NCBI GenBank assembly: GCA_039208735.1
Contig: JBCCQY010000001.1
Span: 64,001 to 128,000, forward strand
Direction: 5' to 3'
Source: Myxococcota bacterium
Lineage (GTDB): Bacteria > Myxococcota_A > UBA796 > GCA-2862545
Length of the DNA stretch: 64,000 bases
Shown here: positions 56,240 through 64,000 of the stretch, piece by piece
Position numbering within the stretch: position 1 is the stretch's first letter
How the letters are laid out: each line of letters opens with the position of its first letter
Position numbers and translations under genes: made by a program
The notes under the pieces: generated by a model
What the model was told of the DNA's origin: nothing
Database searches by the model: none
The model's input: the letters and a program-made list of their open reading frames with translations, nothing else

Positions 56240-57784
56240 TTAAGCACCTTCGTTCAGCGGAGGAGGCGGGGTGAGCCTCGGTCCCAGTCGCTTGGCAATG
56301 GCAGAGAGTCGCCCTTCGGATTCCCACTTTCGAAAGCGGTGATAGGCGGTTTGCCAGGGTCCAAAGGTGGGGGGGAGCGCCCGCCAGGGAGCCCCCGTCG
56401 TCAACACCCAGAGGACCGCTTCCAGAATGTGCCGATCCGGTCGGGGAGGCCGGCCCCGCGATCGTTTGGGCGGGGGGAAAAGGTGGGCGATCCTGGACCA
56501 TTCCCGGTCGGTGAGGGTCGTCCTGCGGTTCGGGGTCGGCGAACGTCGGCGGCGTTGCACTTCGCGGGCATTCCGACTGCGCTCCTCGAGGTAGCGCCGT
56601 TCGCTCAGGTTCTCCGTGAGCTGACCCGCGCGATCGAAGGCAAGTGACGCTTCGGTGCGACGTCCGAGGCGGACCAACAAGTCGCCGCGGACCGCATGAA
56701 GCAGGTGGAATTCCACGAGTTGACCGCGTGCGGCAAGGCGGTCGACCCAGTCCAACGCTTGTTCGGGACCATGGCTCATCGCGAGCGCCACTGCAGCATT
56801 CAGCTCGACGATAGGGGTGGGCTGGTGCCGCAGCAGCGTTCCATACAAGGCCGTGATTTGAACCCAGTCCGTCTCGTCGATGGACGCCGCACGCGCATGA
56901 AGCGCCGCAATGGCCGCCTGCAGTTGGTAGGGACCAGGTTTCAGGTGGGTCAGGGCCTGGTCGAGGTCCCGCAAGCCGGCCTCAATCTCATCCCTTCGCC
57001 AACGGTTGCGATCCTGGTCCTCGAGCCGAACCAGGGCCTGATCGGTGGTATGGCGCGCGTCGCGGCGGGCATGATGGAGTCGCATGAGGGCGACGAGGCC
57101 CAGGACTTCAGGTTCCTGGGGGAGGAGGTCGCTGACCGCTTCGCTTAGGCGAATGGCCTCCGCACACACTTCCGGTCGCACCATGTCGAGGCCGGTTGTC
57201 GGGGCATAGCCCTCGTTGAAAAGCAGGTAGATCGAAGACATCACGGCCGCTACCCGCTCACCCCTCTGGCGTGGTCCGGGCACTTCGAACGGAATGCCGG
57301 CGTCTCGGATCTTTCGGCTGGCCCGAGAGAGCCGACGTCGCATCGCCTCGGGAGACTCGAGGAAGGCCCGGGCGACGGCTTCGTTCGGCAGGCCACACAG
57401 CGTTCGCAGCGCTAGGCCGACCTGGTTTCGGGGCTCGATGGCGGGGTGACAGCAGGCAAACAGCAACGCGAGCCGGTGATCGCCCGTCGGTTCGGACGCT
57501 TGGGCCCCGGGGGCGGCCTCCGCTCGCACGGCATCGGCGTAGTCACGCGCTACCGTCCGCTGGCGCACCTGGTCGAGCGCACGATGGCGGGCCACCGCAT
57601 AGAGCCAGGCGGCGGGCTGTTCGGGAAGACCTTGGACGGGCCAAACTTCCATCGCCTTGATCGCCGCGTCCTGAACCACTTCTTCCGCGAGTTCGATGTC
57701 TCGGAAAGCACGTGCGAGGGCTGCGACGAGGCGGGGACCCTGACGGCGTAGGAGCGCCTCGACCTGGTCACGGACGTCGAGCAA
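56240..57784 (-). CDS. ECF42-type sigma factor (C-terminal TPR) fused to an IS5-type transposase N-terminal domain
   Basis: AEEVVQDA, W...G.P..PAAWL, FACCHPA, YLLFNEGY, QDR.RW, GPYQLQAAIAALH; then LTDREW..GRP..ILEAVLWVLTTGAPWRALP..FGPWQTAYHRFRKW. Confidence 0.9.
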   Translation of the reverse strand: MLDVRDQVEALLRRQGPRLVAALARAFRDIELAEEVVQDAAIKAMEVWPVQGLPEQPAAWLYAVARHRALDQVRQRTVARDYADAVRAEAAPGAQASEPTGDHRLALLFACCHPAIEPRNQVGLALRTLCGLPNEAVARAFLESPEAMRRRLSRASRKIRDAGIPFEVPGPRQRGERVAAVMSSIYLLFNEGYAPTTGLDMVRPEVCAEAIRLSEAVSDLLPQEPEVLGLVALMRLHHARRDARHTTDQALVRLEDQDRNRWRRDEIEAGLRDLDQALTHLKPGPYQLQAAIAALHARAASIDETDWVQITALYGTLLRHQPTPIVELNAAVALAMSHGPEQALDWVDRLAARGQLVEFHLLHAVRGDLLVRLGRRTEASLAFDRAGQLTENLSERRYLEERSRNAREVQRRRRSPTPNRRTTLTDREWSRIAHLFPPPKRSRGRPPRPDRHILEAVLWVLTTGAPWRALPPTFGPWQTAYHRFRKWESEGRLSAIAKRLGPRLTPPPPLNEGA

Positions 57785-57790
57785 GGCGCC

Positions 57791-58159
57791 TCATGATGAC
57801 GAGAGTTCTGCGGGCTCGGTGCCCAAGGGGCGTAGCTCCACGCTGCCCCCCCACAAGGCCGGGCATCGCTTCGCCCAGGCCAGTGCCTCATCGAGATCGT
57901 TGACCTCGAGAATGTAGAACCCGCCAATTTGTTCGCGAGCTTCTGCGTAGGGACCATCCGTGACCTGGATGGAACCGTCTCGTCCCCGAAGAATCGTGGC
58001 CGTGTGACTGGGCTGGAGTTCCGCGCCGCCGGCCAAGGCTCCTGACGCTGCAAGTTCTGCGTTGAACGTCATGTACTCGGCTACGGCCTGCTTTTGGGCC
58101 TCGGGAGGCATCGCTTCCCAAGCTTGCTCGTCGCCACGAAGGAGGAGTGCGTACCGCAT
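57791..58159 (-). CDS. YCII-related (DGPF) protein
   Basis: TDGPYAEAREQIGGFY, ALAWAKRCP, VELRP. Confidence 0.92.
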   Translation of the reverse strand: MRYALLLRGDEQAWEAMPPEAQKQAVAEYMTFNAELAASGALAGGAELQPSHTATILRGRDGSIQVTDGPYAEAREQIGGFYILEVNDLDEALAWAKRCPALWGGSVELRPLGTEPAELSSS

Positions 58160-58160
58160 G

Positions 58161-58709
58161 TCAGCTCCGGTCCGAAGCGGTTGCGAGCACCGCGTCGAGC
58201 TTCTTCAGTCCTGCTTCGTAATCCGGTCCCAAGACTTGGTCGGCGACGACACCAAAGAAGCGGTCCGGGCCGTAGGGCAGGTCACCCGACGCCGTCCACG
58301 TGACCTTGGTGCGGCCGTTCCCAAGGTCCACCAGGGTGAATCGGTCGGTCGAGGAGAGGTCGAAGGGCGCGTCGTAGTCCAAGTTCGACACGACTTCGAT
58401 TCCGGGTACCACCGAGGTGAGGGTGAGCGTGGCCTGACCGATGACCTCGCCGTCCCATGACATCGAGGCCCCCGGCATCGTCGGGGTGCCGGTGAAGGCG
58501 TACCGAGCGTTCGGATCCTGGGTCTTCCACGGCACCCAATCGAGGCGGTCGGGGAAGTGGCTCACGTAGTGCGTGACCGCAGCAGGTGTTCCGCGAACCA
58601 CCGCGGTGCGGGACACCTCATAGTGACCGGGAAGCAGCGCCGGTACGAGTGCGGCTAGCAGCACGCCGGCGGTGGTGAGGCCGAGAGCCATGCGTAGGGT
58701 TGCGTTCAT
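58161..58709 (-). CDS. SRPBCC/polyketide-cyclase-like protein with N-terminal TM
   Basis: LP..Y.V.R, W.PW..DP, TKVTW, GPDYEAGL.KL. Confidence 0.85.
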   Translation of the reverse strand: MNATLRMALGLTTAGVLLAALVPALLPGHYEVSRTAVVRGTPAAVTHYVSHFPDRLDWVPWKTQDPNARYAFTGTPTMPGASMSWDGEVIGQATLTLTSVVPGIEVVSNLDYDAPFDLSSTDRFTLVDLGNGRTKVTWTASGDLPYGPDRFFGVVADQVLGPDYEAGLKKLDAVLATASDRS

Positions 58710-58746
58710 TTCATTCTCCTGTCTGCACTGCTTGGTGCACCCAGGA

Positions 58747-58773
58747 GACGCGTCGGCCTCCCCGTGCGCGACC
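58747..58773 (-). promoter_or_regulatory. Possible ECF42-type autoregulatory promoter
   Basis: GGTCGC-N17-CGTC upstream of the SRPBCC-YCII-sigma operon; imperfect match to TGTCGA/CGTC as I recall it. Confidence 0.3.
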
Positions 58774-58919
58774 TGTGACCAACGACTCTGTCCTAAGCGC
58801 CATCCTGGTTCTATTTTGTCTGAAAAATCAGCCCCGGTTCAAGTGTGCCAAGGGTTCGGCAAGGAACCGTGAAGGTGAGGTTGGGGGGACCCCACTAGGT
58901 CTGCTGTTCAGGAGGAGCC

Positions 58920-59459
58920 ATGCTTCGAACCCGATGGATGAGTGCGCTATTGCTGGTCGGCTTGATGGGATGCATCGACCCAACCGGCGCCACGGGAGCG
59001 ACCGGGGACCCCGGACCGGCGGGTCCGGTCGGTCCAGCAGGACCCGAAGGCCCGGCGGGTCCCGCAGGCGCCGATGGTTCACCTGGCATGGTGGCCTCGG
59101 GTTGGTTCGTGCTTGGCGGCTATGATTGGGCGCGAATCGACGATGGTACGGCCGAAGTCGTGTACGAGGCCACGATCGATGCTCCAGACCTGACCCAGGC
59201 CCATCTCGACTCCGGTGCCGTACTCGTGTTTGGGGGCCTCGATGGCTACGGGTTTGACGGTCGCATTTGGGTCGATGGTCACGTCGCGCAGCTCCCCATC
59301 TCGCTGATGTACGAGCTCGATCAGGGACCCATGATCGACGCTTGGACGGCGCGAATGGAACCAGGCACCATCCGCCTACGCTTCTCGAACAGCATCGACT
59401 ACTGGACGTACGGAATCGCGAGCGACCATCGGTTTCGGTATGTGCTGATGAATCCGTAG
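58920..59459 (+). CDS. Lipoprotein with short collagen-like (Gly-X-Y)12 tract
   Basis: LMGC lipobox, GATGATGDPGPAG..., RBS AGGAGG, C-terminal FRYVL. Confidence 0.85.
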   Translation: MLRTRWMSALLLVGLMGCIDPTGATGATGDPGPAGPVGPAGPEGPAGPAGADGSPGMVASGWFVLGGYDWARIDDGTAEVVYEATIDAPDLTQAHLDSGAVLVFGGLDGYGFDGRIWVDGHVAQLPISLMYELDQGPMIDAWTARMEPGTIRLRFSNSIDYWTYGIASDHRFRYVLMNP

Positions 59460-59513
59460 CGACGATGGCACAAATGCGAGTTGCACAACCGCCAGGCTGG
59501 GCAACCTTTCCTT

Positions 59514-60719
59514 GTGGCAGAATGTCGACGCAAAGCTCTGGTGGTGATCGGAACCCGCCCCGAGGCAATCAAACTTGCGACGGTGGTGCAGGAGCTTAAG
59601 TCACGTCCTCACGTTCGAACCGAGGTGTGCCTGACGGGTCAGCACGACGACCTGCTCCAGCCCGTGCTCCAGACGTTCGAATTGGAAGCCACCCATCATC
59701 TTCAGGCCCGTTCGGATCACGAACCCTCGTTGGCGGTGTTGACGGCTCGGATTGTGGAACGGTTCACCCACGTGCTGGAGGCGGCAAAGCCCGACTGGGT
59801 CATCGTGCAAGGCGATACCACTTCGGCCCTCGCCGCAGCCCTCGCAGCGTTCTACGCACGACGGCGGATTGCGCATGTCGAAGCCGGCCTTCGAACGGGG
59901 AACTTGCAGTCGCCGTGGCCCGAAGAAGGCAACCGACGCATGATTGGGCAGATCGCGGACCTGCACTTCGCGCCAACCATGGCGGCGCGTCGGGCGTTGC
60001 TTGCGGAGGGCATCGACGCGCAACGCATTCGGGTGACCGGGAACACCGGCATTGACGCCCTGCGATTTGTGGCGCGGCAGATTGAGTCGGATGCGAGGGT
60101 TCGATCGAGTCTGGAAGACCGATTTGCAAGGGCAGAGGGTGCGGGCCCGATGTTGCTCGTGACCTGTCATCGCAGGGAGAGCCAGGGACGGCCGCTGGCC
60201 CAGCTCGTCCAAGCGCTCATCGAGGTCTTGCGGGTGCGACGCGATGTGCACGTGATGTGGCCCGTTCACCCAAATCCCAGGGTCGCGGGACCCGTTCGCG
60301 CCCTCCTCGAGGCCGCCCCTGACGTGCGCAGCCGGCTACATCTCCTCGGTCCGGTGGACTATCGGGCATTTGTCTACCTGATGCAGCGCGCGACCTGTGT
60401 GATTACTGATTCGGGAGGCATTCAGGAAGAAGCTCCTTCTTTGGGGCTACCCACCCTGGTCGTGCGCACGTCCACCGAACGCATGGAAGCGGTTCGGGCG
60501 GGAGCAGCGATTCTCGTGGGTACCGAACGACCGAGCCTCGTGCGCCACGTTCTTCAACTGCTCGATGACCCCGTGCATCGTGCCGCCATGAGTGAGGTGC
60601 GCGACGTGTTTGGGGATGGGCGTGCGAGCAGGCGCATCGTCGAGGCCCTGTTCACAAGCCCCGCCAAGGCTGGATGCGGGGTGGGCGCTTCCGGTAGGGT
60701 GCTCGAGACGATGGGATGA
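59514..60719 (+). CDS. wecB: UDP-N-acetylglucosamine 2-epimerase (non-hydrolysing)
   Basis: GTRPEAIK, TGQH, QGDTTS, HVEAGLR, PEE.NR, TDSGGIQEEA. Confidence 0.95.
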   Translation: MAECRRKALVVIGTRPEAIKLATVVQELKSRPHVRTEVCLTGQHDDLLQPVLQTFELEATHHLQARSDHEPSLAVLTARIVERFTHVLEAAKPDWVIVQGDTTSALAAALAAFYARRRIAHVEAGLRTGNLQSPWPEEGNRRMIGQIADLHFAPTMAARRALLAEGIDAQRIRVTGNTGIDALRFVARQIESDARVRSSLEDRFARAEGAGPMLLVTCHRRESQGRPLAQLVQALIEVLRVRRDVHVMWPVHPNPRVAGPVRALLEAAPDVRSRLHLLGPVDYRAFVYLMQRATCVITDSGGIQEEAPSLGLPTLVVRTSTERMEAVRAGAAILVGTERPSLVRHVLQLLDDPVHRAAMSEVRDVFGDGRASRRIVEALFTSPAKAGCGVGASGRVLETMG

Positions 60720-60723
60720 CTTC

Positions 60724-61131
60724 ATGACGGGGCCAACGCAACCCGACGACGCACAGATAGCCCTCTTTCGCACGACTCGAACCTGGCTTCTTTGGTGTGG
60801 CGTTGCGGTCGGCGGCTCCAGCATGATTTGCTGTTCGGGTTCCGTATTTTGGATGATTCCAAAGGCCTTCACGCTCAACTGGAGCGACGGACCAGAGATG
60901 ATCATCTGGGCGGGCCTCTACGGGTGGCTGGGTCTCATGGGGTTTTTGGTTTCGGCCTTGGCGATTAGCCAGTCGCGGTCCATCGCTTTGGTGCTCGACA
61001 GCGGCCAACCCCCCGAGCAAGTCGCGTGGGCCAAGGCCTACGTACGGACCACCTGGTTCTTCATGGTCGGGGGAATGATGTTGGCATCGATCGCAGTCTT
61101 GGGCGGGATGGCCGCGATGTTGTCGCTATGA
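60724..61131 (+). CDS. Membrane protein (DUF5362-like)
   Basis: Three TMs; ATGA overlap with the next gene. Confidence 0.6.
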   Translation: MTGPTQPDDAQIALFRTTRTWLLWCGVAVGGSSMICCSGSVFWMIPKAFTLNWSDGPEMIIWAGLYGWLGLMGFLVSALAISQSRSIALVLDSGQPPEQVAWAKAYVRTTWFFMVGGMMLASIAVLGGMAAMLSL

Positions 61132-61511
61132 GAGCGCCCGAGCCGTTGCTCCGGGTTCGTCTCGCCGTGTGGGTCACGGCGGGTTCATTCGCCATTGTTG
61201 CCCTAGGGTTGTTGGCGTCCACCCTCTTTTGGTTCGGCCTGCTCTCCAATAGTCGGATGTTGGACTTGCTTTGGGCGGTCCTGTTCTTCCTTGTCGAGAC
61301 GGCGATGGCAGCCCTGGTGGCGGTCTCGATGTTCCGCCAGGGGCAAGCCTTGCAACGGCTTCAAGAAGACCCGAACCAAAACGCCGCGATGACAGAAGTG
61401 CTATCGGCGAATTTGCTGTTCTGGCGGGCCCTGACGGTCGGTGCAATCGGCCTCATTTGGCTGTTCCTGATCGGGATGCCGCCAGCGATTTCGGTATTTG
61501 GATCGGATTAG
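61128..61511 (+). CDS. Membrane protein (DUF5362-like), probable paralogue of the previous gene
   Basis: Three TMs; amphipathic segment before FWR. Confidence 0.6.
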   Translation: MRAPEPLLRVRLAVWVTAGSFAIVALGLLASTLFWFGLLSNSRMLDLLWAVLFFLVETAMAALVAVSMFRQGQALQRLQEDPNQNAAMTEVLSANLLFWRALTVGAIGLIWLFLIGMPPAISVFGSD

Positions 61512-61601
61512 TGAGGTGCTGGCAGTACCTGATTTCCAGTGCCCGTTGGAGGTCACTGTGGCGTAAGCGTGAGGTGTCCGTAGAGCGGTTCATCACAAGG
61601 A

Positions 61602-62312
61602 GTGTTCGTGCTGATCGCCAGTCTCTTGGCCACATTGGCTCATGCCACACCCCCTCATGACGAGGTTGGGATTGGGCCGGCCTTGGCTTTTGCTCCCTTT
61701 CGAGAGCAACAAGTCTCGGCTCGTCGGAACGGAGGCGGTACGGGTGGAGCGTTGCTATCGCTCGACCGGCGAGGCGTGCGTCGCTACGATCGACTCCTCG
61801 TCAGCTTCACGATGGGTCGCGACGACGGCTGGCGGTGGGGCGGTGGGGACTTGCGCTTCACCATCGCACCGGATGTGGCGGAACTGGGTCCGATGGTGCT
61901 TCGCGTCGGTGGCGAAGCCGAAGTGGGAGCCATGGTGCGGACCTGGCTCGACAACGTGGGGTGGCGCGGGCAGGCCACGCTGGGTCCCGCCATGGCTTTG
62001 GCCTGGCCCTTCCATGAAGGTGCCTCGCGCTGGACGGCGGAGCTCGTAGCCAGCACCCCGGTCTTCGGCCTTATCGGGCGACCCGGCTACGCAGCGGCGC
62101 TGCAGACGGGCTCGCTTTCCACCCAAGACTTCTCGTTTGCCACGTTCAACCGTCATCGTGGGGGCCGACTCTTGGCGTCGCTGTTGTGGGAACGCGAGGG
62201 TCGGGCATCGGTTCGATTTCAAGCGGAACTCGGAGGACGGGTCATCACGTGGCGACATCGCCTCGCGGAAGTCAACCACGTCCTCTCCACCCTTCTGTAC
62301 TGGAGGCTGTGA
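61602..62312 (+). CDS. Putative outer-membrane beta-barrel protein
   Basis: Signal ending AHA, alternating beta-strands, terminal LYWRL. Confidence 0.65.
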   Translation: MFVLIASLLATLAHATPPHDEVGIGPALAFAPFREQQVSARRNGGGTGGALLSLDRRGVRRYDRLLVSFTMGRDDGWRWGGGDLRFTIAPDVAELGPMVLRVGGEAEVGAMVRTWLDNVGWRGQATLGPAMALAWPFHEGASRWTAELVASTPVFGLIGRPGYAAALQTGSLSTQDFSFATFNRHRGGRLLASLLWEREGRASVRFQAELGGRVITWRHRLAEVNHVLSTLLYWRL

Positions 62313-63256
62313 TGTGGATGTGGCTCGCTTTGGCCTGCATTTCGGAACCTCCGCCCTCCACCGGGCCGGCGCTCATCGATGAGGTCCATGAACTCGTCGA
62401 CACGCGGTATGCCTTGTTCGTCGACAAACAGGTCGATTGGGAGGCTGCGCGTCAGCCCGCGTTGGACGCCTTGAACGAAGGGGCCGACCTTCAGGATACG
62501 GTCGTGGAGATGCTCGACGTCCTGCGCGATGGGCACGTCAACCTCGCCACGCCCGGTGGCGTAAGCACGGCCTCCGCCTTTCTTGAAGAGCGCGTTCCGA
62601 CGTGGGACGAGGATTTGGTTCAACGGCATGTGCTGGACTTTGATTTTGCACAGCGAGGCAGCGTGCAATGGTCGATTCCTGACCCTTCGTGGGCGTACTT
62701 ACGGGTCGATGATTTTTCCAACCTCCCTACGCGTGAGACGCTCGACCTCGCCTTCGCCGAGTTTGCCGAGGCCGACCGGCTCATCTTGGACCTTCGCGCG
62801 AACGGCGGAGGTCGTCTCGAGCAGGCCCGAACCCTGTTGGAGCGCTTTGTTGAAGGCCCATTGGTCGGCTGGCACCTCGAGTTTTCAACCGGTCCAGGGC
62901 ATGAGGACCTCTCCGAGCCCGCGCCGCGCGAACTGAGCCCGGTGACGCCAGGGTTCGAAGGGCCACTGGCCGTGCTCGTCGATGGTCGAACCTACAGTGC
63001 GGCCAACGTCGTTGCGTTCGTACTTGCGGAGCGAGCCGACACGATGCTCGTCGGGGCGACCACCGGCGGAGGAGCCGGTTCGCCCACGTGGCACGAGCTC
63101 TCCAACGGATGGGAGCTTCGGTTTCCCACCATCCGGCTGACCGGTCCGGACCGCCAGCCCATGGAGGATGGGCGTGCCGTCGATGTGATGATCGCGCCGG
63201 ATCCCGGTCAGCCCGAGGTGGACGTGATGATCGAGGCGGCGCTCGACGTACTTTAG
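62312..63256 (+). CDS. S41-family peptidase, lipoprotein
   Basis: L.DGHVNL, ILDLRANGGG, TYSAAN, TGGGAG.P, L.NGW. Confidence 0.9.
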   Translation: MWMWLALACISEPPPSTGPALIDEVHELVDTRYALFVDKQVDWEAARQPALDALNEGADLQDTVVEMLDVLRDGHVNLATPGGVSTASAFLEERVPTWDEDLVQRHVLDFDFAQRGSVQWSIPDPSWAYLRVDDFSNLPTRETLDLAFAEFAEADRLILDLRANGGGRLEQARTLLERFVEGPLVGWHLEFSTGPGHEDLSEPAPRELSPVTPGFEGPLAVLVDGRTYSAANVVAFVLAERADTMLVGATTGGGAGSPTWHELSNGWELRFPTIRLTGPDRQPMEDGRAVDVMIAPDPGQPEVDVMIEAALDVL

Positions 63257-63263
63257 CCGACGC

Positions 63264-64000
63264 TCACTTCACGAAGTCTGCGGCGTCCCGCGGAACCATC
63301 TTGTAGTTGCCAAAGCTGTAGTTCAGCGGGCCGGTGATGCTGGTGAAGGTGTCGCCGTTCGCGACCGCCTGGGCGAAGATGAGGTCGTCGACACGGGCAT
63401 TGCCATCGATCTCGAACTCACCGAAACCCAAGTTGTCGTCGGTGACGGTCACGTTCTCGACACGGATGAGCACACTTTCCCACAGCTCGGCCGTCGCGGC
63501 GTTTGCGAGGTCAGCGGTGGCCACGATGGCGGGAGCTGGCACGGTACCGGTTCCGGTCACCGTGATCGAACCGTTGGTCTTGCCGCCGAGTTCAGCGTTG
63601 ATCTCGGTCAGATCGAAGAACTCTTCGGTGGTGCCGGTGACGTTCACGATGTCGCCGCGGTTTACGGTCACCATCATCGGCCAGTTACCGCCTAAGAAGA
63701 CCCAAACGCCGCTCTCCTGACCGCCTGCCGCCTCCTGCACGAACACGCCGAATTCAGCGGTAGCGGTGACTACGACGTCCTCGACGCCAACGACGACGCC
63801 AGCGCCGACCGTTCCGTTCTGGAGGTCGAAGATGGGGGTGTCGGGCAGCTGAATCATGCCGGTGTCACCGGTGGCGGCGGTGTCGGCATCCGTATCGGCG
63901 TCGGTGTCGGCATCCGTGTCGGCGTCGGTGTCCGCATCCGTGTCCGCATCCGTGTCCGCATCCGTGTCGGTGTCGGCGTCGGTGTCGGTGTCGGTGTCGG
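63264..64000 (-). CDS. Extracellular OB-fold protein with (D-x)n linker; 5' end outside the window
   Basis: VVTA..GVFVQE, GD.V.VTG..EFF.LTE, E.WESVLIRV, YSFGNYK.PR; frame open to the window edge. Confidence 0.8.
   Translation of the reverse strand, partial: DTDTDTDADTDTDADTDADTDADTDADTDADTDADTDADTAATGDTGMIQLPDTPIFDLQNGTVGAGVVVGVEDVVVTATAEFGVFVQEAAGGQESGVWVFLGGNWPMMVTVNRGDIVNVTGTTEEFFDLTEINAELGGKTNGSITVTGTGTVPAPAIVATADLANAATAELWESVLIRVENVTVTDDNLGFGEFEIDGNARVDDLIFAQAVANGDTFTSITGPLNYSFGNYKMVPRDAADFVK
63882..64000. repeat. 6/12-bp coding microsatellite (GACACC/GATGCG) encoding DTDA repeats
   Basis: Directly visible tandem gtcggt/gtcggc/atccgt units. Confidence 0.9.

Noticed and set aside
56060..56520. 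Complete IS5-family element
   Set aside because: No DDE catalytic ORF, terminal inverted repeats or target duplication seen
58780..58915. Possible riboswitch before the collagen-like lipoprotein
   Set aside because: Only a short GGTTC/GAACC hairpin; no aptamer consensus I can recognise
41641..64000. tRNA-anchored genomic island or prophage
   Set aside because: No integrase, phage genes or duplicated tRNA 3' end found

Overview
GC-rich bacterial chromosomal window of about 60 mostly intact genes. A Myxococcota-like lineage is inferred from the MYXO-CTERM tail, TIGR02996-LRR protein, Cys/Asp-rich lipoproteins and a caspase-ECF-anti-sigma module. I saw no rRNA, CRISPR array, prophage or complete IS element. 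Recognisable genes include ugd, a class II DAHP synthase, an HrpB-like helicase, wecB, and an acyl-CoA synthetase with its divergent GAF-type sigma-54 activator. Most notable: (1) an intact tRNA with an Ile2-like body and the rare UAU anticodon (41568-41640); (2) an ECF42-type sigma factor fused in frame to an IS5-type transposase N-terminal domain (56240-57784); (3) a dispersed TGATC-bounded palindromic repeat in three copies, one in frame in an amidase signal peptide; (4) a translationally coupled exported caspase / ECF sigma / zinc anti-sigma operon; (5) many very short, often Trp-rich export signals; (6) an orphan low-GC gene with an effector-associated-domain-like tail; (7) a cutinase-like lipoprotein resembling Pseudomonas mendocina cutinase. 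Three loci look disrupted (PQQ dehydrogenase, S8 protease, PDZ fragment). All family calls come from reading motifs by eye, with no database search, and many start codons are best guesses.
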